Shown here piece after piece: positions 39,307 through 49,507 of a stretch of DNA of 64,000 nt (position 1 is its first letter; each line of letters begins with the position of its first letter). The notes below the pieces were generated by a model. It saw nothing but the letters and a program-made list of their open reading frames with translations, did not search any database and was not told the DNA's origin. Both the position numbers and the translations under genes were made by a program. This DNA comes from an uncultured Methanoregula sp. (lineage in GTDB: Archaea > Halobacteriota > Methanomicrobia > Methanomicrobiales > Methanospirillaceae): positions 1,699 to 65,698 of the forward strand of contig CAZNIL010000003.1 of the NCBI GenBank assembly GCA_964573085.1, written 5' to 3'.

Positions 39307-40197
39307 TCAGCGGCGGACTTTTGTCCGGATTACTGATATGAGAGCAAGGGCACCGATTACGACTGCCGGGAGCACTGCACCCGATTTTGTAGGCGCTGGC
39401 GCTGGCGTGCCTGTACCTGAGGGAGGAATCGGGGTTAAGGCTTCGTCAGGCTGTGTTGTTGTTGCGGTCCGGATATTGACCTGTCCGGTGCCGATTGGCG
39501 GCACAATACTGATCACATATATTGATACTGCCTGTGGACCAGTCATGCCGGCTTTACCGGGGCAGATCTGGGCATCTGCCTGCCCGGCAACAAACTTTGC
39601 GGTAACGCTTGATCCGTCGTTTCGACCGCTGTACACGAGTGATTCACCAGGCTTGAGTGTTTTTTCCGCAACCCTTGTGCCGGTGCTCTTTATTTCCACC
39701 TTTGCCTGTGCTGCAGTGCAGACAGTGCCGGTGCATGTGGTGCAGTCAGGTGCGGCTTCGGTAACAATGGAATAATCCCCGATGAACGGTGTATCAACCG
39801 TCCGGGGGTCGCCGATGAGATCGGTGACAACCTCCTCATTCGGGCGGGAACCATAGAGTTTGGCAAGAGTGATCCACGGATCACCTGCACCGCCAAGACT
39901 TGTGGCGATTGCAGTTTCGCCTCCTTTGAAGACGGAGAATGCCGCAGGGTCCGGCACGGTACCGGTGAGTGTGGACTGGGTCATCGGTTTCCACGAGCAG
40001 ACTGGTGACTTTCCAGTGGGGTAATCACACCCGTACTGCACAGGATTTTTTATCGTGAGGGTGTTCTTTGCTGGATTCATGGTCGATACCTCGCCCTTGC
40101 AGGTGACCTCAAGGATCGCCGCAGAAACAGGCGCTATGATGCAGCACAGGGCGAAAGCTGCAATAAATACGCCGCAAAGGAATGATTTCTCTCTCAT
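39307..40197 (-). CDS. Secreted surface protein with Pro/Thr linker and C-terminal membrane anchor
   Basis: It has a signal peptide (FLCGVFIAAFALCCIIAPVSA). The C-terminus reads ...PPSGTGTPAPAPTKSGAVLPAVVIGALALISVIRTKVRR. Confidence 0.6.
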   Translation of the reverse strand: MREKSFLCGVFIAAFALCCIIAPVSAAILEVTCKGEVSTMNPAKNTLTIKNPVQYGCDYPTGKSPVCSWKPMTQSTLTGTVPDPAAFSVFKGGETAIATSLGGAGDPWITLAKLYGSRPNEEVVTDLIGDPRTVDTPFIGDYSIVTEAAPDCTTCTGTVCTAAQAKVEIKSTGTRVAEKTLKPGESLVYSGRNDGSSVTAKFVAGQADAQICPGKAGMTGPQAVSIYVISIVPPIGTGQVNIRTATTTQPDEALTPIPPSGTGTPAPAPTKSGAVLPAVVIGALALISVIRTKVRR

Positions 40198-40464
40198 AGA
40201 AGGCCACCTGCCAGATACGCAACCTCCCGTTCCGCCGGGGGTTATCCGGTTCCTGAACCGTTACATCGTCCTGATACCATAAAAAGGGCATCGTTTTGAG
40301 GGGGGCGCCGTTTGGTTCAACGGTCAGGGGGTCTGAGAATGATATTCCAAAAGAATTTTTTACTTTCAACCTTTTTTTATGATAACTCTGCAACAAATCC
40401 TCACCGTAGACGACCCATCCCCCTACGACATAATTCGGCCATCGGGGAGGTTAAAAGAGGCGCT

Positions 40465-40653
40465 TTATGTTTTGCATGACTGGTCCTGAAGGCGCGAGAT
40501 CCAGATGACCGCGATAAAGATAAAAATCCCCATCATGATGATTGCAATTCCCTGCATCTCATCGCCATTTGGGGGCATGTACATTACATAAACCCCATTT
40601 GCAACCATAAACAGGGCAATAAAAAATGAAATGACTTTTAAGATTGCTTCCAT
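40465..40653 (-). CDS. Small two-TM membrane protein (62 aa), hypothetical
   Basis: It has two clear hydrophobic helices. No other support. Confidence 0.35.
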   Translation of the reverse strand: MEAILKVISFFIALFMVANGVYVMYMPPNGDEMQGIAIIMMGIFIFIAVIWISRLQDQSCKT

Positions 40654-40884
40654 ACTGTCATCCTCTTTGGTACGAAGTACTCATGATACCGGTTAATAAG
40701 GGCTTTGCCCAATACACGAAATCGCCTCCAACAGCTTGGTTGACCTTGGATGATTTCCTGTCGCAGATAAAAATCACAACACCCGCAACTGCACACTGAA
40801 TCAAATAGTCTCTGACACGCATATGATGACAGCCATGTCGTCAACACTTAAAAAAAGGACTCCGTCATCAGATGGTACTTTAAA

Positions 40885-41295
40885 TTACAGAGAGAGTTCA
40901 TCAAGATACGGCATAAGAGCAGTGATATATACCAGTGCCGGGATTGCAGGATTGGCAGCGATCTCAGCAACGGTGATAACCTCGAGTGTGATCGGGTGGT
41001 CCTGCATGACCTGATGGAACGCGGGATCATTTTCCTGTACGAATCGTAGAAAATCTTCCACCCGGACGTAGGGGCGCTCGAATTCGGGCACATCGCGGAA
41101 CTGGTGGATGACAAGTTCGAGGGACGTGGTGCGGGCAAGCTGCTCGTCGAAGAACAGGTAGACCCCGATACCGTATGTTCCGGCAGCCGCAGAAAGGGAA
41201 CGGAGATCGACTTTCTTTCCGGAAGCAATCCCAAGACTCCTGATTTTTTCAGAGGGGCTCGTGCCCGGGAGCATACGGTAGGCGTCCGTCGTCAT
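40885..41295 (-). CDS. Hypothetical protein (136 aa)
   Basis: It has a more protein-like composition than the overlapping alternative frame 40848..41234. No motif was recognised. Confidence 0.45.
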   Translation of the reverse strand: MTTDAYRMLPGTSPSEKIRSLGIASGKKVDLRSLSAAAGTYGIGVYLFFDEQLARTTSLELVIHQFRDVPEFERPYVRVEDFLRFVQENDPAFHQVMQDHPITLEVITVAEIAANPAIPALVYITALMPYLDELSL

Positions 41296-41491
41296 TCAAT
41301 CATGCGTGCAGCGTTCACCTTTGTATAGGTTTGGGTTTCTTAAAGCCTTGTTTTATAACGCCTTGTTTACTTTGCCGGGTCCAAATCCCGTGCCAATCAA
41401 AGAAATCCGATGGTGTATCCCCTGTCTGAGTTCGTGAAGTGCAGTCTATCACCACCTTTATTTTCATACTATTCACATACTCCCCGTAACA

Positions 41492-42298
41492 ATGGGACTC
41501 AAAGATGACCTTACAGGGGTTATACCTGGCGATCTGCTTTACTTGCTCTCTGACAGGTTTGAGGTCATCGGGGATATTGCAATCCTTTCCCTACAAAAAA
41601 AGCTTAATCCCTACAAAAAAACCATCGCCGCAACTCTTCTTACCCGTCGCAGGAACCTGTACACGGTGCTCAACAAGGTCACAAAAGTCACCGGGGATGA
41701 GCGGATTACCCACTATGAGATCCTTGCCGGCGAGACAACGGTTACACTCCATCGCGAATTCGGATTTGAGTACCGGTTTGATGTCGGAAAAACATTTTTC
41801 TCCAGCCGGCTTGCATATGAACGGAAACGGGTGACTGACCAGGTACTGTCCGGAGAACGGGTGCTTGTCCCGTTCTGTGGTGTAGGCCCGTTTGTTATCC
41901 CTGCTGCCGCACACGGGGCACACGTTCTTGCTATCGAAAAGAACGAAAGTGCGTTCCCGTGGCTCCTTGAGAATATATCACTCAACAAGGCAGGCAGGTA
42001 CATCACCGCTATCAAGGGGGATGCCTTTGATACTTCTCTCCTTACACACGATGACTTTGACCGTACGATCATCCCGACACCCTATGGGATGGATGCAATT
42101 CTTGATGTGATCACCCCGCTTGTTAAAAGCGGGGGAATAATCTATTTTTATACCTTTAAAAAGCGCTACCAGATCCCCAGACTGGTTGAGAATTTTAAAA
42201 GGAGAGGCCTTTTACCTATCTTCTATAGGTCCTGCGGCAATGTGGCGCCGAATGTAAGCCGATGGGTGTTTGATTTAAAAAAAGGTTCGTCACTATAA
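41492..42298 (+). CDS. Class I SAM-dependent methyltransferase, Trm5/Tyw2 (Met-10+) family
   Basis: ...RFEVIGDIAILSL... at the N-terminus, a SAM-binding VLVPFCGVGPFVIPAA, and ...RTIIPTPYG.... Confidence 0.75.
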   Translation: MGLKDDLTGVIPGDLLYLLSDRFEVIGDIAILSLQKKLNPYKKTIAATLLTRRRNLYTVLNKVTKVTGDERITHYEILAGETTVTLHREFGFEYRFDVGKTFFSSRLAYERKRVTDQVLSGERVLVPFCGVGPFVIPAAAHGAHVLAIEKNESAFPWLLENISLNKAGRYITAIKGDAFDTSLLTHDDFDRTIIPTPYGMDAILDVITPLVKSGGIIYFYTFKKRYQIPRLVENFKRRGLLPIFYRSCGNVAPNVSRWVFDLKKGSSL

Positions 42299-42721
42299 AT
42301 TCCCAAGTTGTTCATGCCCCTTTTTCATAACGATCCATTGCCCTTTGCCCGCACGTTTGAACCTGATGAATACGTATGTCCCTGTGTATTGCTGCCCGTT
42401 GAGCACCACTTCAATCTTATCTTCTGACCATACGAGCTGCCGGAACGTTCCCGAATCAGCGATCCTCACATCACCAGCGCCATATTCGCCTTCAGGAATC
42501 GTGCCCTCAAAGCCGATATAAGATAAATCGTGATCTTCTGTCTCAATTGCAAGTCGCCGGTCCTTGGGTTTTTCAGGAAGCCCTTTTGGAATCGCCCAGC
42601 TCTTCAGCACACCTGCCTTTTCCAGTCGGAGATCGAAGTGGTGGTGCCGTGCGAAATGCTCGTGGATCACGAACCTGAGCGGGATGATACCGGGTCCTTT
42701 TGTTTCCGGTTGTTCTGTCAT
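42293..42721 (-). CDS. Stand-alone LigD-type 3'-phosphoesterase domain protein
   Basis: ...RFVIHEHFARHHHFDLRLEKAGVLKSWAIPKGLP... matches the PE-domain His cluster (xHxAxxxHyDlRLE, then SWAvPKG). 142 aa. Confidence 0.85.
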   Translation of the reverse strand: MTEQPETKGPGIIPLRFVIHEHFARHHHFDLRLEKAGVLKSWAIPKGLPEKPKDRRLAIETEDHDLSYIGFEGTIPEGEYGAGDVRIADSGTFRQLVWSEDKIEVVLNGQQYTGTYVFIRFKRAGKGQWIVMKKGHEQLGNL

Positions 42722-42752
42722 AGGCAGGGTATGTCGTGGATAATTTTGATCC

Positions 42753-43361
42753 TTATCGTTTGAATGTTGTTATTGCATTTGCCCGTCCGAGTACATGGTT
42801 AGTTATTGCCCAATCGATACCTTCACGATCTGCGGTTGGCATGGAGATCTCATAATCAAGAGCATACACCGAAAATACATAATGGTGCGCCGGCCCGATA
42901 GGTGGACATGGAGGGAAATAACCTCGACTTCCAGCGGAATTATCGCCCTGTTGTGCACCGTTTGCGAGCACTTTTGCATTCGGTTGTGCCCGGTAGATCT
43001 GCCGGATATCTTGCGGGATGTTATAGACGAGCCAGTGCGTGAACGTGCCTGCCGGAGCGTCCGGGTCATCCACGATCAGGACGAAGCTTTTAGTACCCTG
43101 CGGGACGTTCTCCCACGACACTGCAGGGGACTCGCCCGCCCCTGTGCATGTGTATGCTTCCGGTAATACTGCGCCCGTAGCAAGTGCATCAACACGAACC
43201 GAGAAACTCCCCTTTCCCGTTGCAGGAGAGTTTGTTACGTGGGTTATCACTGCCGTTGACGGTGATTGGGGTGCTGATATTGGTTGCGATGTAGTGCAGC
43301 CGCACAGCCAGAGTACCGATGCAAGAATGAGCAGGAGGATAAGGCAGGCTCGTTGTTTCAT
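42753..43361 (-). CDS. YbhB/YbcL (PEBP / Raf-kinase-inhibitor-like) family lipoprotein
   Basis: ATG 43361 gives MKQRACLILLLILASVLWLCGC (lipobox). ...FVLIVDDPDAPAGTFTHWLVYNIP...GYFPPCPPIGPAHHYVFSVYALD. Confidence 0.85.
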   Translation of the reverse strand: MKQRACLILLLILASVLWLCGCTTSQPISAPQSPSTAVITHVTNSPATGKGSFSVRVDALATGAVLPEAYTCTGAGESPAVSWENVPQGTKSFVLIVDDPDAPAGTFTHWLVYNIPQDIRQIYRAQPNAKVLANGAQQGDNSAGSRGYFPPCPPIGPAHHYVFSVYALDYEISMPTADREGIDWAITNHVLGRANAITTFKR

Positions 43362-43438
43362 GATCGGCATTGGGGGTGTCCAAAAGATAAGTATGACGGA
43401 AACAGGACTGTTCAAATAAAAAGAGAAGAAAACCGGTG

Positions 43439-43723
43439 TTATTTAGGCGCGAGGTCGACCTGAACGCCACCTATTTTTCCGGCAAAAATATTATACAGGA
43501 ACGCCATGATCGCCCCGCATATAAATCCGAAGATGGCAAGGATAATCGGGAAAATTACGATAGATAGAATGCCGAATGCCTCGACACCAGGCATGCCTCT
43601 TGAGAGTCCGATTGCCGCACCCATGAGTGCAAACATAATTCCATAGATTAAACCGAATACGATACCAAACAGGGCGTGGATCTTTGCCCATGACATGATG
43701 TCAATACTTTTGATTTCCTGCAT
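43439..43723 (-). CDS. Small polytopic membrane protein (94 aa), hypothetical
   Basis: It has three hydrophobic, Gly-rich helices. Confidence 0.45.
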   Translation of the reverse strand: MQEIKSIDIMSWAKIHALFGIVFGLIYGIMFALMGAAIGLSRGMPGVEAFGILSIVIFPIILAIFGFICGAIMAFLYNIFAGKIGGVQVDLAPK

Positions 43724-43817
43724 CTTTACACCTATAGTCTGATTTTTGGCAACTGAAATAAAAAGACTTTCGAATCTGCCTTCTGTAGCTTTAAAATAAC
43801 GAGATGGGAAAAGATAG

Positions 43818-44405
43818 TTACAGAATAGTCTGGGTTTCTACCACGACTTTCTGCCTGCCCATTGAAAATCCGAGAAAAATACTGATAAACCCGAAGATGA
43901 TCGCGTAGATGCCCAACACGATGACAAGGGCATACGCACCGAGAACCGGTGTCAGGACAAGGATGAGTGCAAAGAGGAGCGCGATGATGCCAGAGAGAGC
44001 AAGCACAGCACGGTGCGGAGTGGTTTTGCTGGAGATCGCAAGCCCGAGTTCCGAGATACCGGTGATCAGCGCCCATGCTGCGATGAACATCGTGATCGTC
44101 ATGGCGATGATGACCGGTGTAAGCAGCGCAAAGATCCCAAGGAGGACCCCCAGTATACCCGTAATGAGAAGGAGCCATTTGGGAAGCTCGGTCTTCTCAG
44201 ACGAGATCCCGACACCTGCATTCACGATACCTGTGATAATAGCAAAAAAGCCGAATATGTACACGAGGAAATCAAGGACAAACTTTGTTGCCACAATTGC
44301 GAAAAGACCAAATATAACCGCGATAATGCCCCGGAGGGCAAGGGACTTTTTGTCAAGGATACAACACATGCATTCCATACTATCACTTACAGGGAATCGG
44401 CTCAC
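43818..44405 (-). CDS. HdeD/DUF308-family membrane protein
   Basis: It has repeated ...LxGIxxxxxGxxxL... TM pairs (ALRGIIAVIFGLFAIV; LLITGILGVLLGIFALL; VLALSGIIALLFALIL). Confidence 0.7.
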   Translation of the reverse strand: MSRFPVSDSMECMCCILDKKSLALRGIIAVIFGLFAIVATKFVLDFLVYIFGFFAIITGIVNAGVGISSEKTELPKWLLLITGILGVLLGIFALLTPVIIAMTITMFIAAWALITGISELGLAISSKTTPHRAVLALSGIIALLFALILVLTPVLGAYALVIVLGIYAIIFGFISIFLGFSMGRQKVVVETQTIL

Positions 44406-44449
44406 AGAATAATAGGTTTTTGGATAAATTTAATGAAAAAAGGGGATGA

Positions 44450-45277
44450 TTACGGTTTCCGGTAAACCGCAGCTGCACAGCATGCGAAGGCGAGCCCTGC
44501 AATAGCGACAACCGGAGGAAGCGGGGATTTTGCAGTGGTCGGGGCTGCGGAAACAGGGGGTGTTGTCAATGCTGCGCCAGTACAGGACTCCTCCCATTCA
44601 CGCAGGCACTTCTGTTTTGGTTCGCACCAGGTGTACCCTGCGGAGCCAATGCATCCATGGCTGTCCCGGTCGGAGCCGGGCATCATCGCGGTGGTGGTTG
44701 CCAAGGAGGCCGCTTGGGAAGTGGTGATAGTAAACTGGGTCTTTGTATAGATGTCATCAACACCGGGCAGAGCAAGGGCGTTTGAAAGGGCATCTACCGC
44801 TGCCTTGTCAGTAACACTGCCTGTACCGGTAAAGTTGAAGATAACCGCCCCGGTATTGGCGTTGATTGCCTGTCCTGCATAGCCGCTTGTGGTTATCTGG
44901 AGCTTGTTGTCAGATCCCGGACTCTGAACAAATACATAGTATGTCGCTTGAGGAAATCCTGCGGAGGCATATGTCTTTGAGTACGTCCCGTCAGAATTGA
45001 CTGGAACCGTGGTGACGTTGACATAGTTTCCGGCAAAGATCCAGATCTGGACCTCAGTTGCGGGTCCGGTTGAGACGCCGGATATCGTGACAGGCTGACC
45101 GGCAGTGATGCTTGGTGCTGATACGGTTGCCGAAACATAGGATTGTTTTGCTTGAGCTGCTGAATTTGTCGTTACCGTTGCCGTCGGGGTAACAACTCCC
45201 GATACCGGGAGCACAACCAGTGCTGCCATCACAAGGACTGCGAGGGGGACAAAGAGGAAACGCATATTTGATTTCAT
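44450..45277 (-). CDS. Secreted surface protein with 4-Cys module, Pro/Thr linker and C-terminal membrane anchor
   Basis: ATG 45277 gives MKSNMRFLFVPLAVLVMAALVVLPVSG (signal). ...HGCIGSAGYTWCEPKQKCLREWEESC...TPPVSAAPTTAKSPLPPVVAIAGLAFACCAAAVYRKP. Confidence 0.6.
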   Translation of the reverse strand: MKSNMRFLFVPLAVLVMAALVVLPVSGVVTPTATVTTNSAAQAKQSYVSATVSAPSITAGQPVTISGVSTGPATEVQIWIFAGNYVNVTTVPVNSDGTYSKTYASAGFPQATYYVFVQSPGSDNKLQITTSGYAGQAINANTGAVIFNFTGTGSVTDKAAVDALSNALALPGVDDIYTKTQFTITTSQAASLATTTAMMPGSDRDSHGCIGSAGYTWCEPKQKCLREWEESCTGAALTTPPVSAAPTTAKSPLPPVVAIAGLAFACCAAAVYRKP

Positions 45278-45782
45278 ACTGATGTGGATGGGCGGGAAAG
45301 GTAATATGATTAATGGTTTGCATTGCAGGTGCAAGGACTGCGCTATTAACGATAACGATGCATTACCTGCTCCGGGGATATCGCAGATGGGAGAAGGCTG
45401 TCGCAACTAAAATGTCGGGGCAGATGGAGAAAACTGTCTTTAAGATAATCTAAGACTTGCCACAGCGGCGAAGGCAAAGCCTCTGGAAGCGTTGTCTGTT
45501 ACTACCTTTATCTTTTTTAAATGTGGATTGATTTTGAAGTTTTAATTAATATTTACTTAAGGTTAGGCGCGTATTTTACATAAAAAAAATTATGGGGGTG
45601 TCACGGTAACGGGGATAAAGGAATATGCAAAAAAAGCTAAAACAGAATTATATGAGTTTTTTTGTGGACTTCCCGGCAGAATGGTTTTTTGAGAAGTGAT
45701 TCATCTAATAAGAGATCCTCACATTCTTTTTAGGTAAGTCCAGATCTGAGACAGGATCATCATTCAAGGAATTCGATGTTAT

Positions 45783-47417
45783 TCACGTTGAGTTTATCCT
45801 CGTGAAAATATCGAGGTTCATGCTCCCCATTTTGCCGTCCCGATGGAGATAATAGTCAGATAACCGGTTTTCATTATCATAAAACGAGAACCAGTAACTC
45901 AGTTTATAGGTTGTTTTATTGTAGCCCTCCAATGACTCATAACTCGCGCCGTCATGCAGGATAATTGTGGACGGTCTTGACCCTGTCAGCGTCGTTTCAT
46001 CCTCTTTATCCGCATAGAACGTGATCTTACCCCAACGGTCACCACGATAATACCAGGGTAGTGGCCAGTAATTTTTCGATGCCAGCACAATCTTATCGGA
46101 GTGATCGATGATGTTCATGACCGTTCGCATATCTTCCGAGTTCTGGACCTGCACGATGGGCTCGTTGATATCCACGGGTACAAAGGCAACATGCCAGGTC
46201 ATCGCAATAAGGAAGAGTGTCCCGATAATAGCAAATGCAGCCTTCTGCCAGTTGAGCTTGTATACAGCGACAAACGTCATCGGGAGCAGTTGGTGGATAA
46301 GCAGCCAAGGTACTTTTTCCCCGACATAGGCATAGAACGCCATGGAGAGGAGCATCCACCAGATACAGAACCGGAAAAATTCATCGGATTTTTTAGATTC
46401 TTGATCTTTCCCGGTCAATTGCCGGAGACTTACAGCAACAAGTTCCGGGATCGGAAGCGAGTATGTCCGGTGGGAAATCCAGTTCTTTGCACGTTTCAAT
46501 GTGAGTGCAACATTAGTACCCGTTATAAGGAATTGTAATGTCCCTATCACTGCGAGAATGAAGATTGGCACCTCATACAGCAGAAGCAGGGGGATATAAA
46601 AAAACCAAGGCCCACCAAGTCGCTGCTCGTTATGCATCGCTGTCCAGTGCTCGACTGCCTTGTACCATCCTGTAGTATTCAGCATGTAATCTTGGCCAAC
46701 AAGGGTACTGATATGGGCACCGAATGCCGAGTACAGGATACTCATGATGGTGACGACCAGAATTACGCAAATTATCAGGTCTGTTTTCCAGCCGGGAGGT
46801 AAAATGAACCGTCTTCTCCAGATAGCATAGAAGAAAAATATCCCAAAGATAATCAGGATAACAGGCATCTCTTCTTTGCAGGAGAGCCCTCCGGCTATAG
46901 CAATAGCCGCAAGAATGGCATACCTTGTCTGTCCACGGTCAAAGTACCAGAGCAATGCAACGAGGAGGAGAAGGGTAAAAAAGAGCATGAAAATATCGTG
47001 ACGCAAAAACCGCGAAAAATACACCATATCCGGTGAGACTGCAAGAAATAATGCCGCAAAAAGCGTTTGTTTCCGATCAAGATATCCAAGCCGGTAGATG
47101 CAATATACCAAAGGAATGAGCAGCGTTCCAAAGAGGGCTGGCAGGAGTCGTGCAACAAGATCAGAATCCCCAAACAGGGCAAACATCCCTGCCGTTACAT
47201 AATAAAGAAACGGTCCGTGGTAACTGGGATCATAAACCCACGCCCCTTTTGTCAACAGGTCGAACGAGAACCATGCATGGATTGCTTCATCATGGTGAAG
47301 GAGCTTGAGATCGAGGAAGTAAAACCGGAGGAAGAGTGCAAGGAGAAGGATGAGAAGAAAAGTCCGCTCAAAGGTAAATATTTTTTTTATTTGTTCTGAA
47401 AAACCAGCGGCCGGCAC
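45783..47417 (-). CDS. GT-C/PMT-like polytopic membrane protein (TIGR03663 / Agl23-like)
   Basis: 544 aa. ...LHHDEAIHAWFSFDLL...YDPSYHGPFLYY... with many TM segments and a C-terminal soluble domain. The family assignment is from memory. Confidence 0.65.
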   Translation of the reverse strand: MPAAGFSEQIKKIFTFERTFLLILLLALFLRFYFLDLKLLHHDEAIHAWFSFDLLTKGAWVYDPSYHGPFLYYVTAGMFALFGDSDLVARLLPALFGTLLIPLVYCIYRLGYLDRKQTLFAALFLAVSPDMVYFSRFLRHDIFMLFFTLLLLVALLWYFDRGQTRYAILAAIAIAGGLSCKEEMPVILIIFGIFFFYAIWRRRFILPPGWKTDLIICVILVVTIMSILYSAFGAHISTLVGQDYMLNTTGWYKAVEHWTAMHNEQRLGGPWFFYIPLLLLYEVPIFILAVIGTLQFLITGTNVALTLKRAKNWISHRTYSLPIPELVAVSLRQLTGKDQESKKSDEFFRFCIWWMLLSMAFYAYVGEKVPWLLIHQLLPMTFVAVYKLNWQKAAFAIIGTLFLIAMTWHVAFVPVDINEPIVQVQNSEDMRTVMNIIDHSDKIVLASKNYWPLPWYYRGDRWGKITFYADKEDETTLTGSRPSTIILHDGASYESLEGYNKTTYKLSYWFSFYDNENRLSDYYLHRDGKMGSMNLDIFTRINST

Positions 47418-47426
47418 GCCGCACCT

Positions 47427-47735
47427 TCAGCTTTCCAGTACAATCTCAATGCCGATATCTTTTGGCACCTGGATGCGCATCAACTGACGCAGTGCACGTT
47501 CATCTGCATCAATATCGATGAGGCGTTTGTGGACACGCATCTGCCAACGGTCCCACGTTGCGGTGCCCTCTCCATCGGGGCTCTTCCTTATCGGGACAAC
47601 CAACCGTTTTGTCGGGAGTGGGATCGGACCAGCCAGATTCACACCTGTGCGTTCTGCTATTTCCCGGATCCTGTCACAGACCATCTCTACTTTATTAAAA
47701 TCTGTTCCTGTCAGGCGTATTCTGGCTTTTTGCAT
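47427..47735 (-). CDS. rps10: 30S ribosomal protein S10
   Basis: [32 protein letters not shown]... Confidence 0.95.
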   Translation of the reverse strand: MQKARIRLTGTDFNKVEMVCDRIREIAERTGVNLAGPIPLPTKRLVVPIRKSPDGEGTATWDRWQMRVHKRLIDIDADERALRQLMRIQVPKDIGIEIVLES

Positions 47736-47752
47736 GTTATATCACCAAAAAA

Positions 47753-49030
47753 TTATCTCATCTGTTTCTTGTTGATGGCAATGCACATACCAGCGGCAAT
47801 CGTTTGACCCATATCACGGATGGCAAACCTGCCAAGCTGCGGGAGCTCCTTGACATTTTCAATGACCATCGGTTTTGTCGGCTTGACCTGGACAATTGCC
47901 GCATCACCGGTCTTAAGGAATGTCGGGTTCTCCTCTTTCGTCGCGCCGGATCGTGGATCGAGTTTCTTTTTCAGCTCGACAAACGTGCATGCGGTCTGCG
48001 CGGTGTGGCAGTGGAAGACCGGAGTGTAACCAACGGTGATCGCGCTGGGGTGCTGAAGGACAACGATCTGGGCGGTGAATTCATCTGCAACCGTCGGGGG
48101 GGCCTCAAGCGGACCGCAGACATCTCCGCGCCGGATGTCGCCTTTGCCGATCCCGCGGACGTTGAACCCGATGTTGTCACCGGGAACTGCCTGTGGCTGC
48201 TCTTCGTGGTGCATTTCAATAGACTTGATCTCACCATCTTTGTTTGCAGGCATGAACGAAACTTTCATTCCCTTCTTCATGATGCCGGTCTCGACACGGC
48301 CTACGGGGACTGTGCCGATGCCGCTGATGCTGTACACGTCCTGGATCGGGACGCGGAGCGGTTTGTCGGTTGGTTTTTCGGGTTCCTTGAAGGTGTCAAG
48401 TGCCGGAATCATTGCCGGGCCTTTATACCACGGAGTTTCTGGACCAACGTTCTTGATGTTGACGCCACCAAGTGCACTGATGGGGATAAAAAGAGTCTCT
48501 TCCGGTTTATAACCGACCATCTTGATGAGGTCAGAGAGGTCCTTTTTCACTTCATTATACCGCTTTTCATCGAACTTCACCGCGTCCATCTTGTTGATGG
48601 CGATGATGATCTGGGTGATACCAAGTGTCCGTGCAAGGAAGACATGCTCCTTGGTCTGTTCCATGACACCATCGGCAGCTGCGACAACAAGGATCGCTGC
48701 ATCAGCCTGTGATGCGCCGGTGATCATATTTTTTACAAAGTCCCTGTGTCCCGGACAATCAACGACCGTGAAGTAGTATTTGGGGGTATCAAAACGCTTG
48801 TGTGCGATATCGATGGTAATACCTCTCTCACGCTCTTCTTTTAAGTTGTCCATGACCCATGCGAACTCGAAGGTTGCCTTTCCCTTCGACTCGGCTTCCT
48901 TTCGGTAGCCTTCGATGATGTGTGCCGGTACTGCGCCGGTCTCGAACATCATCCGACCCACGAGCGTTGACTTCCCGTGGTCGATATGTCCGATAATAGC
49001 AAGATTCATGTGGGGCTTTACAGATGCCAT
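47753..49030 (-). CDS. tuf: Translation elongation factor 1-alpha
   Basis: ...[18 protein letters not shown]...DCPGHRDF...NKMD... Confidence 0.97.
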   Translation of the reverse strand: MASVKPHMNLAIIGHIDHGKSTLVGRMMFETGAVPAHIIEGYRKEAESKGKATFEFAWVMDNLKEERERGITIDIAHKRFDTPKYYFTVVDCPGHRDFVKNMITGASQADAAILVVAAADGVMEQTKEHVFLARTLGITQIIIAINKMDAVKFDEKRYNEVKKDLSDLIKMVGYKPEETLFIPISALGGVNIKNVGPETPWYKGPAMIPALDTFKEPEKPTDKPLRVPIQDVYSISGIGTVPVGRVETGIMKKGMKVSFMPANKDGEIKSIEMHHEEQPQAVPGDNIGFNVRGIGKGDIRRGDVCGPLEAPPTVADEFTAQIVVLQHPSAITVGYTPVFHCHTAQTACTFVELKKKLDPRSGATKEENPTFLKTGDAAIVQVKPTKPMVIENVKELPQLGRFAIRDMGQTIAAGMCIAINKKQMR

Positions 49031-49201
49031 TATTTTCCTCCAATAAATACTGAAACTGTCAGTTCACAGTCAGTTTATGCGAGTATTACATATAGGAAAC
49101 CCATCTATATAAAACATATCGAGAACGCCAGATCACGACTTACAGTGCGGGATTATTAACCGAAACTCCCTTATCACATGCAAAGTAACTATTTCCATAC
49201 G

Positions 49202-49498
49202 ATGAAAATACTCGAATTCCATCGGGATGAAAAGAAGAGCCGTGTTACGGTCACATGCGCGGACGGGGAAGTTTCGGTGTACAGCCAATGTGCTTACTGT
49301 AAACATTGCAAAGGGATATGGGTGGGAAAACGGGTGACCCCGCCCCCTCAGGCGCAGGCATATTCAGATATTCAAAGGGGAAAAGCTCCCGATGAGAGCC
49401 TTATGAATGCCGCAATGATGTTCAATACGCTCATCAGGGATGGTTCAGCCATCGAGTGTGACGATGATGCAAACGAGGGGTTTCATACCCGGTATTAA
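49202..49498 (+). CDS. Hypothetical Cys-containing protein
   Basis: MKILEFHRDEKKSRVTVTCADGEVSVYSQCAYCKHCKG.... The start (49178 or 49202) is uncertain. No family was recognised. Confidence 0.35.
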   Translation: MKILEFHRDEKKSRVTVTCADGEVSVYSQCAYCKHCKGIWVGKRVTPPPQAQAYSDIQRGKAPDESLMNAAMMFNTLIRDGSAIECDDDANEGFHTRY

Positions 49499-49507
49499 TA
49501 AAAACAG

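Noticed and set aside
45407-45782. The AT-rich 376-nt gap between the surface-protein gene and the Agl23-like gene, considered as a mobile-element scar, an origin or an sRNA locus.
   Set aside because: There are no repeats, no C/D box pair and no ORF. It is most simply the promoter/5' UTR of 44450..45277 plus the terminator region of 45783..47417.
47804-48712. A 302-aa ORF antisense to EF-1alpha. Similar long antisense ORFs occur at 59793..60629 and 61858..62646 (opposite the PaaK genes), 28112..28798 (opposite hisF), 22909..23595 (opposite the NifB-like gene) and 18652..19242 (opposite porB).
   Set aside because: Each lies entirely within a strongly supported gene on the other strand. Their composition is Arg/His/Cys-rich or low-complexity. 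They are shadow ORFs, as expected in GC-biased coding DNA.
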